From NCBI RefSeq assembly GCF_963921235.1, contig NC_086103.1:157666001-157730000 (forward strand): a stretch of 64,000 nucleotides of DNA. Reading direction: 5' to 3'. Numbering within the stretch: the first letter of the stretch is position 1; each line of letters begins with the position of its first letter. A program made the translations under genes and the position numbers. The stretch comes from Mobula hypostoma. Lineage: Eukaryota. This document shows, in pieces, positions 48,301 through 60,300 of this stretch. A model generated the notes under the pieces. The model searched no databases, was not told the DNA's origin, and saw nothing but the letters and a program-made list of their open reading frames with translations.

Positions 48301-51300
48301 CCCTCCTGTCTTCTCCTATCATTTTGCATCTCCCCCTCCCCCTCCAGCTTTCAAATCCCTTACTGACTCTTCCTTCAGTTAGTCCTGACGAAGGGTCTCG
48401 GCCTGAAACGTCGATTGTACCTCTTCCTATAGATGCTGCTTGGCCTGCTGCGTTCACCAGCAACTTTGATGTATGTTGGTAAATACACTTGCCCCTTGGA
48501 GAATCTCGAAGGGAGTATTCATGAGTGGAAATGGGGTTACGATTCTTGGCTGTTATGTGGTTTATAATCAATGCATGGCTGCAGGCTCCCATCTTTCTTT
48601 CGAACGAAGAAGATGCCTGCGGCGGCTCATGAGGTGGAGGGCTGAATGAATCCCACAGCAAGACCCTCGTTTATATACGCTTACATTGCGCTTCTCTCTG
48701 GATCTGAGAGCACGTATAATTGGCCTCCATGGAGGACAAGAAACTGGCAGAAGATCGATAGCACAGTCGTAGGGTCAGTGTGGTGGAAGAGTCGAGGCCT
48801 TTCCCTTGCTGCAGACCTCCCTGCTGCACCTGATGACCCTGTGATCTCTGTCTCAGAGGCCGATGTTAGGCTGTGTTTAAAGATAGTGAACCATCACAAG
48901 GCAGAAGATCCTGATGGAGTACCTGGTAAGGCTCTGAAAACCTATGCCAACCAACTAGCAGGAGTATTCAAGGACATTTTCAACCTCTCACTGCTACAGG
49001 CAGAAATTTCTACTTGCTTCAAAAGGCAACAATTATACCAGTGCTTAAGAAGAATAATGTGGGCTGCCTTAATGACTATTGCCCGGTAGCACTCACATCT
49101 ACAGTGATTAAATGCTTTGAGAGATTGGTTATGACTAGACTGAACTCCTGCCTCAGCGAGGACCTGGACCCATTGCAATTTTCCTATAATAATAATTTTC
49201 TTGAGGATGTAACTAGTAGAGTGGATAGGGGCGAACCAGTGGATGTGGTATATTTGGATTTTCAAAAGGCTTTTGACAAGGTCCCACACAGGAGATTAGT
49301 GTGCAAACTTAAAGCACACGGTATTGGGGGTAAGGTATTGGTGTGGGTGGAGAATTGGTTAGCAGACAGGAAGCAAAGAGTGGGAATAAACGGGACCTTT
49401 TCAGAATGGCAGGCGGTGACTAGTGGGGTACCGCAAGGCTCAGTGCTGGGACCCCAGTTGTTTACAATATATATTAATGACTTGGATGAGGGAATTAAAC
49501 GCAGCATCTCCAAGTTTGCGGATGACACGAAGCTGGGTGGCAGTGTTAGCAGTGAGGAGGATGCTAAGAGGATGCAGGGTGACTTGGATAGGTTGGGTGA
49601 GTGGGCAAACTCGTGGCAGATGCAATTTAATGTGGATAAATGTGAAGTTATCCACTTTGGTGGCAAAAACAGGAAAACAGATTATTATCTGAATGGTGGC
49701 CGATTAGGAAAAGGGGAGGTGCAACGAGACCTGGGTGTCATTATACACCAGTCATTGAAAGTGGGCATGCAGGTACAGCAGGCGGTGAAAAAGGCGAACG
49801 GTATGCTGGCATTTATAGCGAGAGGATTCGAGTACAGGAGCAGGGAGGTACTACTGCAGTTGTACAAGGCCTTGGTGAGACCACACCTGGAGTATTGTGT
49901 GCAGTTTTGGTCCCCTAATCTGAGGAAAGACATCTTTGCCATAGAGGGAGTACAAAGAAGGTTCACCAGATTGATTCCTGGGATGGCAGGTCTTTCATAT
50001 GAAGAAAGACTGGATGAACTGGGCTTGTACTCGTTGGAATTTAGAAGATTGAGGGGGGATCTGATTGAAACGTATAAGATCCTAAAGGGATTGGACAGGC
50101 TAGATGCGGGAAGATTGTTCCCGATGTTGGGGAGGTCTAGAACGAGGGGTCACAGTTTGAGGATAGAGGGGAAGCCTTTTAGGACCGAGGTTAGGAAAAA
50201 CTTCTTCACACAGAGAGTGGTGAATCTGTGGAATTCTCTGCCACAGCAAACTGTTGAGGCCAGTTCATTAGCTATGTTTAAAAGGAAGTTAGATATGGCC
50301 CTTGTGGCTACAGGGGTCAGGGGGTATGGAGGGAAGGCTGGGTTCTGAGTTGGATGATCAGCCATGATCATAATAAATGGCGGTGCAGGCTCGAAGGGCC
50401 GAATGGCCTACTCCTGCACCTATTTTCTATGTTTCTATGTTTCTATAATATAGAAATAATAATATAATTGTCAATAATACAGAAACTAGTGTCTTCCACA
50501 TGATCCCCTATCTTCTTCTGCAACACCACTGTCTGGAACTTGGTGGTTGACTGTCCAAGACAGTTGTGGACATGGGCTGGCTCAACTCTTGCAGTGATAT
50601 GTTGAGTCAACGGGAAGCCCCCAAGTCCAGCTGCCCCAGAGTCCACCAAAGCCTTCACCCGTCTTCTGTTAATACCCCAGGAGATCTCTGCCTTTAGTGT
50701 GATGCTTGAATCCTTAGGGTTGGGAATGGAGGCTGTTTCTGTCACAGTCCTCCCAGCCCAGGACAGTCTTACCAGTTGTCCTGATGGCTGCAGCTTCGGA
50801 CATTTGGCCCACGGGTGACTTGCTTCCCTGCAGTATTAGCATCAGCCTCGATTCCGACGCCAGGACCTCTCATTGGCAGAGAGCCTTGTGTAACTGATCT
50901 GCGTGGGGTCGACTGAGTCCCGAGCAGGAGGCGGGCTGATCATCGAGGGGGGTGGAACCGTGATGGGTTGGGGCCAGGCTTGAGTTAGCCCTCTTTGGCC
51001 TCATGATGTAGTCCCTCTTATGATCCACCAGACGATTATTGAGGCGAATGGACAGGTCAATGAGAACCTCTCCCCCTTGCTGGCTCTCTTAAGGTGATGG
51101 CAGCCTTTAGTTTGTCCCGGAGTCTGTGGTGGTATAGAGTGGCTAAGGCTTCTCTGTTCCAACCACTCTCTTGGGCCAAAGTCTGGAACTCAATAACATA
51201 GTCAGCCACTGACTGTCCACCCTGTCAAATCTTCATCAGGCAGTCTTCATCTTCATCTGGCTCCACTGGGGATGGAACATCTTCCTCATGGTGTCCATGA

Positions 51301-54300
51301 ATTCCTCCAAGTCCAAACAAATCTCTGACCTTCGTTCCCAATGCACAAAGGCCCAGGCGTGGGCTCTCCCGGTCAAGAGGGAGATCATGAAGGCCACCTT
51401 TCTGTGCTCTGAAGGGAACTGGGATGGCTGGAGTTGGAACACTAATGAGCATTGAGTGAGGAAGCCATGGCAAGAACCCAGATATATTGGCTCCACAGAG
51501 TGACCGACAGGCTCATCCAAGTGACTCTGTCTTCCTGCTTGTGGAGGTTGACACTCGGCAGCCTGGAGGCTGTGCATCTCCAGGCTCTGTCTGGAAATCT
51601 TTTCACTGTGGCTGGCCACAGCAGTTGAAAGACACTGATACCCTGCTGGATCCATGTTTAGGGTCAATCATACCGTGACGAGAGACCTTGATGAAGGATG
51701 GTTTGGACGCAAATGCTGGAGTATCTGAGGCAAGGATCGAGACACGGTATGAAACTGGAACAAGGACTGAACACAAAACAAAATGCCCAACCATATCTCT
51801 GTTGAGCTTACGATTGAGCACTGAGCCTCTAGATGTGTATTGTAACATCTACTCTGGGAGAAAGATTCTGACTGTCTATCTATACCTTTTATAATTTTAT
51901 AAACTTCAAGCAGGTCTCCCCTCTGCCACTAATGCTTCAGAGAAAATAACTCAAGTGTGTCCAACTTCTCCTTCTCCTTCTAATCCAGTCAGCATCCTAG
52001 TCAAACTCTTCTGTATCCTTTCCAATCTCTACACATCCTTTCTGAAATAGGGCAACAAAAATTGCACACGTCTTTTGTGCATGTACTATCTAACAAGTCT
52101 CCTCAGGTATCTTCCAATTCTGATGAAGGGTTGTGGACTTGAAATATTAATTCTCCTTCATTCTGCACTGATGCTGAATCATTTTCAGAACTTCATTATT
52201 TGATGCCTGTGGTATTTTGATTTTCAATCTTGTGCAGGTGACAGGGAGGATGCCAAGACTAATTTGAAAGGGAAGGTGACTGCTGGGTTTGCAGACTGAA
52301 AGAACAAGGCAAAGCCAAATAGCTCAGACACCCTACAGATTCCATTTAATCAAAGGCCCATGACTCACATCTGACACGTGCAGATGCTCTCATCTAACAC
52401 CAGAGGACTGCAAGTCAGCAATCAAGACAGAAGTTGTTAGTTATCAGTCTCGCAGGAGGTGGAAAGAAGACTTATAAAGTAGGCAGCTTTCCATGACAAT
52501 TGGGGAAGGCCAAGCTCAGAAGTTGTTCTCATTGTTTCATGGTTAGGTACAGTACAGAAAGAGACCCCTTGGCTCTCCAAGTCTGCACCAACCACCAAAC
52601 ATCACATCTTAACCCATTTCGTTTTCCCCATGTTCCCATCAACTCCCCAGATTTTATCAGCAGACACCAAGGGTAATTTACAGTGGCCAATTAATCTCTC
52701 AATTTGCATACTTTTGAGAAGTGAGAGGGAAGTGGAGAACCTGAAGGAAAGCCAGGCAGTACTTTGGAAAATAAGGCCAGAATCAAACCTAGGTCACGGT
52801 GAGGCAGCAACTCTGCCAGCTGTGAGAAAGTCATTTTACAAGGCCAACCTTGGCTGCCTTGATTATGCTGCTGGATTGAAGTAAATGTTGTACTCCCATA
52901 TCAATAAGGCTAATGGGTTACAACTTTAATTTGTAAACACGAGATTCTGCAGATGCTGGAAATCTTCAAAGTTTTAAAGTACTTTTATTATCAACAAATA
53001 AATAAATTATATAACCTTGAGATTTGTTTGCTTACAGGCAGCCACAAAGCAAGAAACCCAAAAGAACCCAATTAAAAAAAAATAAAGACCAACGCCAGAT
53101 GCACAGAGAAAGGGCAAAAACACAATTCATACAAACAATAGATGTGAGCAAGAACATTCCAAACCAAAATGAGTCCTGAATACTCAAGAAGGGTCTCACC
53201 CTGAAGTGTCATCTCCATAGAATATTCCCCTCCGTAGATGCTGCCTGACTTGCTGAGTTCTCCTAGTATTTTATGCGTGTTACACTTTAATTTGTATGCT
53301 TAGACTCCCACCTTCCTTAAGTTTGGAACCTACATGAGGCTGGTTGGGAATAAGGCAGGTTGGAGCCAGAATGCCAAGTTTTCAAATTCTGACCAGTCCA
53401 GGGGAGAGGATGTGGGTACAGGGAAGGAAAGTGGGATAACTGCTAAAATGGCACTTATTAGGGTTTCCACAGTTGATTGTTCTTGAACTTAAATGTGAAA
53501 CCTAAATGGTACTTCGCTAACCTTTCCATTAGGTCTTGGACTGGTTTGTACAAATCTGCTTGGGACTGAAGCACATTCATGATAGGAAGATCCTGCACCG
53601 GGACATTAAAACACAGGTAAAAGGTGAAGAAAATAGTAATAATAAGCAGATATATTCAATCCTGTTGGAAACATTTTGAGTTTTTTTCAAAATATTTTAC
53701 CTTTAAAATATCTTATCACTCTAAATATTTGATGGTTTGCCAATCGCTAATCAAAATTGAATATACTTGAAATATTTGTAAGTGAAATAGTATCTAGAAA
53801 TATAATTGTAATCGTTTTCAGCGATTACTAGATTTCAAATTAATAAATGTGAATGGTTTAATTAAAAGCCATTCTAGGAGCCTTTGTGTTGTGCCACACT
53901 CAGTTTATTACTAAGCTAACAAGACTTTCTGAAATGTCTATAATCCTAAATATATCTGAATTTCTTACCTGTGTATTCTTTTTCTGTTCAAAACTGTTTG
54001 CTACTCCCTTATGTTGGGAGTACCAAGTGAAATAGGTCATAAATGAGTACCACTGGCCTCGGGACAATGTTCCAATGGCCACTCCTGATAAAGAACGACC
54101 ATTTTTTTCACTACCTCATTTTATCGTGGTGATACAAAACGTTTCAGTTCCAATGAATTAAACACGGTGCAACTATGTTTATGTTCCTTCTTTTCTTTTG
54201 ACTTTGTGATATTAACTGGCATTTGGGAAAAATAGTGAATTTCATGACTGGAATTAAACATTGGTTTTTCACGCTAGAAAAATGGTCACAATTGGCTTGT

Positions 54301-57300
54301 GAGTATGCTGTCTTTGTCATAGATATCTTTATGAAAACTAATAATATTTTCATTCTTAGAACATTTTTCTTTGTAATAATGGAAAAACTGCAAAACTAGG
54401 AGACTTTGGAATAGCACGTATGTTGAACAAGTAAGTTGTCTTTGAGATTACAGTTCTCTTATGCAAATAATCTAATGGATTGTGTACAGGAAACTTCAAC
54501 CAAGATATACCATGGCCTTCAATTATGAAGGGAGGTTGAAAAAGTTAAATCAGGTATATTTAGAGATAACTCAACAGATTGACAGGAAGGTTTGATATAA
54601 ATAGAGAAAACCTATTCCCTTGATGAATGAATCAACAACCGGAAGTTATAGATTTAGAATCATTTTCGAACAAATGAGAAAATAACTGAGGAGAAATATT
54701 TTAACTCCGAACGTTGTCATAATCTGTAATGTTCCTTCTAACAAAGTGGTGGAAGTTGGTTTCGCAAGTAATTGTAAATGAGTCATGGAGGGCTGTGGAT
54801 GAGAAAATTAATCTGTTATAGAGAAAAGGCAAGTGTTCTTTGAAATGACAAAAGCAGCTTTTACATTAGGTCTAAATGATTCCTAGATGTTGTGACAACC
54901 ACCAATATAAGAGAACCTCACTTTGTATATTAACTTTGCACACTTTGTTTATTGCCATAAAAACATAGAAATTATGTCATTGCAAGTTTTTGATTCCTAA
55001 AATGTAAACAGGATTATCAATTGCATCTTTCAATTGCATTTTACAACCACTTGGAAAAATTCTTGTAGATGAGGAAAATGCTCTGAGATTCTGAGGCAAT
55101 TTTTCCTCTTGACTTGCATTACGGTTAAGATACTTTGGAAATAGTTTTATACTCAATACCAAATGCTGAAGATCTGTTCCCCATAGGAATTCATAATGCC
55201 AACAAAACTGGAAATAATAATGAGCTTTATATTTTATTTTTGAACCCATGAAGCAGTGGTCTATTATTGACAATGGATCACATTTTTCAGTAACAGGATT
55301 TTTTTTTCTTCAGCTAAAGTCTGATATTTATTCTGTTTTTAGAATATTTGATTGTAGACTAGTATATTCCTTCCACATAGTCTAATATTGAATTGCTGTC
55401 ATGATACAAATGAAAATCATTGCCATGAAATTAATTATGTTAATTGAATTAATTAATTGTAACAACAGATTATGTAAAAGTAATGCACTAACTAATAACA
55501 CACTGTTATTTGAATTATTTTGTTTTTTACTATTCAGGAAAAGCTCCAATAGACAATAGACAACAGACAATACGTGCAGGAGTAGGCCATTCGGCCCTTT
55601 GAGCCAGCACCGCCATTCACTGTGATCATGGCTGATCATCCACTATCAGTATCCAGTTCCTGCCTTATCCTCATAACCTTTGATTCCACTATCTTTAAGA
55701 GCTCTATCCATCTCTTTTTTGAAAGCATCCAGAGACTTGGCCTCCACAGCCTTCTGGGGCAGAGCATTCCATATATCCACCACTCTCTGGATGAAAAAGT
55801 TTTTCCTCAACTCCGTTCTAAATGGCCTACCCCTAATTCTTAAACTGTGGCTTCTGGTTCTGGACTCACCCATCAGCGGGAACATGCTTCCTGCCTGCAG
55901 CGTGTCCAATCCCATAATAATCTTATATGTTTCAATAAGATCCCCTCTCAGCCTTCTAAATTCCAGAGTATACAAGCCCAGTCGCTCCAATCTTTCGACA
56001 TATGACAGTCCCGCCATCCCGGAAATTAACCTTGTGAACCTATGCTGCATTCTCTCAATAGCAAGAATGTCCTTCCTCAAATTTGGAGACCAAAACTGCA
56101 CACAGTACTCCAGGTGTGGTCTCACCAGGGCCCTGTACAGCTGCAGAAGGACCTCTTTGCTCTTATACCCATGGGAGTGTATTACAGACATCAGTGCTTG
56201 TAAAGTTACTGTGAGCCACGTAATAGTTTTTCAATACTTGAGTTAATTAAGCTGCTAATCAAATTGGGTTTTATTTCAGAGAGTGGTTTTATATTAAAAT
56301 GTATACTGTGGCTCAAAGTGGATCAAAGGTGTCAAATTATTTATGTTGCATCATATAATTTTTGCTATTTTGGTTTCCTGTTTTGTATTCTTCTTGTAGT
56401 ACCATGGAGTTAGCACATACATGCATAGGAACACCATACTATTTATCTCCTGAAATATGTGAAAATCAACCATACAATAACAAAACGTAAGTATTTTGCA
56501 TTTATCCTACTGCCGGTATCACCTTTTATTTAGTATCACCAAATTTTGACCATAAAATATTGGAGTGCAAACACATTATGGTCTAAATTTGGTTCAGCAT
56601 TCATTCAGTTAAGTCCAGTCAATGAATAGGGCAATAAGTTATCGCAGTTCGGATCCCTCTCTGAAATTGGAAGTTTCATCAATTACAGGCCAGTGAAAAG
56701 ATAATTCAAATGTAAACAATAAGAACATTAGAAAAAGGAGCAGTAGATAATCTGGCCCTGTGAGCCTTCTATACCATTCTTTGTGATCATAAGTGATCTA
56801 CCTCAATGTGCTATCTACCTATCTATTCATTCCCTTAATATCTAGGAATCTATCTATTTCTTTTCTGAATTAATGAACTCAATGACTGAACCTCCACAGC
56901 CTTCAAGAATAGAGAAGTCCAAAGATTCATCTCCCTCAACGAGAAGAAATTTCTCCTCATCTCAGCCCTTGAATAGCCAATCCCTGATCTGGAGGTATTG
57001 CAGGTGCTGGAATAACGAGCAAAATGTAAATGCTTGGAGGAACCCAGCAGACCAGGCAGCCTCTGTTGAGGCAAGGAGATGGTTGAGATTTTGGATGAGA
57101 CCCTGCATGGGGACTAATTGTATAAAAGAAGCATAGTCAGTAGAGAGAAGAGAGAAGGAACCAGCTGAGGTGGAGGATGATGGGCAGTTAGAGTCAGGTG
57201 AAGAAGATGAGGGAATAGTTTTGAGATAGAGCCTAGTAGATGATCAAATTTCAAAGTTCAAAATAAATTGATTATCGAAGTACATATAGGTCACCATATC

Positions 57301-60300
57301 GAACCCTGAGATTCATTTTTCTTGGGGGTATTCACAGTAAATACAAAGAAACAACAGAAAAAAAAACAAGTAAAATAATATCAAGAACATGAGATGAAGA
57401 GTCCTTGATAGTAAGTCCATAGGATGTTGGAATAGTTCAGTGTTGGGGAAGTGAAGTTAAGTAAAGTTATCCCCTCTGGTTCAAGAGCCTGATCATTGAA
57501 GGAATAGCCTTTCATGAACCTAGTGGTGTGGGTCCTGAGGCTCCTGTACCTCCTTTTTGATGGCAGCAGTGAGGAGAGCATGGCTTGGATGGTGGGGGTC
57601 TCTGATGATGGATGCTATTTTTCTGTGACAGCACTCCATGGGGATGCACTTAATGGTGGGGAAGGCTTTACCCATGATGGGCTGGGCTATATCCACTAAT
57701 TTTTCAGTCTTTTTCTGTTCAAGGGCATTGGGGTTATCATACCAGACTATGATGTAGTCAGTCAATAAATTCTCCACTGCACATCTATAGAAGTTTGTCA
57801 AAGTTTTAGTTGACATGATAGGTGGAAGCAGGCTTTACTGATAAGGGATGAAGATGTACTTCCATAATCTACTCAATCATTCCTGGTATGGCAAACCAGC
57901 CACTGTTGCAACCTGTCCAGTAAATCTTCACAGCAATGCCTTTATAGTAGATATAGTCTTTCTTTAGGTAAGGAAACCAAAACGGTGCACAACACTCCAG
58001 GCACAGACTGATCACATTTTTATATAATTGTAGTAATATGTCGTTATTCCAGTACTTAAGTTTCTTTGTGTTAAAGACTAAAATACCATTTGCCTTCCTA
58101 ATTACTTGCTACACTTGACTTTGGGCATTGGGATGAAATTAGAGCTCCTGGTGAAAATACACACAATTTCCAAATCCTGTGAACTCCACACAGAAAGCAT
58201 CAGAGCTGTGCATTGGTGCCTCCTCACCCTGTTCATATCACAAAACTGACTACTGCTGAGGGTTGCTAAAATATTATCCATGCAAGCTGAGCATCCTCTT
58301 AGCTTTCAGCCGTATGTCAGTGAGGATACACCTTGTAGGATTAACTTCCCTAACACTTTGATCACATAATGGCAAAAGAAAATATTTTACATTTAAACAG
58401 AATCTGTTAAAATCAAAGTGTAACATTCAAAGAGCTTAGGCAGAAACTGAAATAAAGAATGAAACAATTTTGTGTGATTGTAGTTATTTTATTAGATCGG
58501 TGGCAAAACTAAGTAGAATATTTATCAGGGGCTGATCTAGTGTGACATTATGATGATCAATTGTATTCAAAGACAATACCTTAAAGTACGTATTGCAGTG
58601 AAGTTAAACCATGTAAAAGTCTTCCTTGGAATAACATCACAACTATATTGAAGTCTTCTGTACTGAATAAACGCTAATTTAACACAATTTTTTATATTTA
58701 TGGCTAAATCTTTTATATGGATTTCTTTTCTCATTGTTTGTGAAATTGTTTTTGATTTTTATAGTGATATTTGGTCTCTTGGATGTGTCCTATACGAGTT
58801 ATCCACCCTGAGCCATCCAGTAAGTGCCATGATTGTCAGAATTAATACCAATGATGTATATTTATGTGCAATTCTGAATGCTAAACAGCCAGTGCACCAT
58901 CAATTCAAGAATATAAATGCAAAGTTCCTCCAGCATTTTGTGTATGCTTCTCAGATTTCCAGCATCTGCCGATTTTCTCTTGTTTGTGATATAAATGCAA
59001 AACATGTTTATTTAAATACAATTCTGTTCCTTCCCACTAGCATGAAATAGTGCTTAAATCATTTCCAAGATTAAATAGACTTGGGCAACTAAATGTTGAA
59101 ACTCTACCTAATAGTACTATTATAATACTTTGACTACATATACCCTCAGAACTCAAGGTTCACAATTGCTTTCCTAAGAGAATTAAATATTGCCACAATA
59201 AATGCTGTACTTTCCTGTGACGTTACTCATCCAGAAACAAACATTTCTTTGTAAAGAGTGTAGTTTTGATCTCAAGAATATTGGCCACTTAATTTTAGCT
59301 GTTAACCTCAGGGCCTGTTCTGCACTGTATCTGTAAATAAACAAATACATTAAATTAAATTAATGTGCTGGAAGTCTGATCCTGGTTCACTTTGCCACTT
59401 GATTCGGCACTGAATCCAACAGCAAAGCCAAGGTGTCCTCAACTGAGGGGGCCAGATGGACTCGACATCTGACCCCACTGCTGTATGACACCGTGGACTG
59501 GCACAATGTAAAACCATTCCATTAGTTTGCATGAGCTGCTCCTGTTGATTGAAAAGATAAATTGATTTCTAATTCTATTTTTTAATGCCAGTTTTTAAAA
59601 TTAATTTCTGACAGTTAAACACATTTTCAGTAAATTGTCTTTATTTTGCAATTATTTAAGAATATTTAGATGGTTTTTAATGTCTCTGATCTTTGGAGAT
59701 ATTTAAAACCTGTTCAAAGACTGCTGATCGTGGCAAGGTGTAAAAGAGCCGGCAGGTAATCAGAGGACAGGTCCATGGAATCTGCCAGCTGAGAAGTGAT
59801 GCTGTCTATGGATCACTCTGCTTAGCAGGTTGGCTGCGAGGTCGCGAGGCCAAATAAATTAAATGCAGAGCAAAACGTACATATGGCTGGGAAAATCAAG
59901 GCAGAAGATGATGTGCGGGACCAAACATGTTCCTCAATTGAAATGACACCCCCGAACTTGCAAACAATGAACTTGCCGCTGGGTTTAGTTTTCTTTATTA
60001 GTATTTCGACCATCACTATACCTTTTGTGTGCTTTCTGGTGTTGGGATATAACAGAGAATAAGAGCTGAATTGATTTAGATTGAGCATATCAAGGTATGT
60101 GTGTAATAAAGCACTGCAGATGAGCAAGCTGGTATTATTTATACTAATGTTTATCATGTTTTGGGGTAAGATTTCGGTAATTTTATCTTGCAGTTTGAGG
60201 GCAGTAATTTGCATCAGTTAGTGGTGAAGATCTGCAAAGGTCACTATGGGCCAATACATCCCAGATACACTTACGACATGCGGATCTTGTTGGCTCAGCT

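Larger units (their letters stand above)
47623..48475. mobile_element. Young Penelope-like fold-back insertion in the Gypsy RT
   Basis: Inverted arms 47658-48006 and 48115-48478; loop encodes the PLE C-terminus [23 protein letters not shown]; 12-bp TSD ttggtaaataca at 47611-47622 and 48476-48487. Confidence 0.9.
45400..51828 (-). mobile_element. Decayed Ty3/Gypsy chromovirus (sushi-like) LTR retrotransposon with nested insertions
   Basis: LTR direct repeats 45400-45554 and 51675-51828; Gag ([29 protein letters not shown]); protease ALVDSGA; [22 protein letters not shown]; integrase [10 protein letters not shown]; chromodomain remnant [14 protein letters not shown]; candidate PPT at 45715-45723. 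Confidence 0.9.

Noticed and set aside
47606-48661. Cluster of overlapping 100-180 aa ORFs
   Set aside because: Low-complexity purine/pyrimidine-skewed PLE UTR in an inverted repeat, with no domain content.
49014-50348. 444-aa host gene or domesticated RT
   Set aside because: TTG start with an upstream frameshift, LINE 3' tail and no exon structure. It is TE-derived and kept only as a chimera finding.
51236-51667. PEG10/RTL1-like domesticated gag gene
   Set aside because: Frameshifted and embedded in a decayed LTR element with stops in pol.
55680-56246. 188-aa plus-strand ORF (also 49262..49666 minus and similar)
   Set aside because: Antisense shadow frames of CR1 ORF2.
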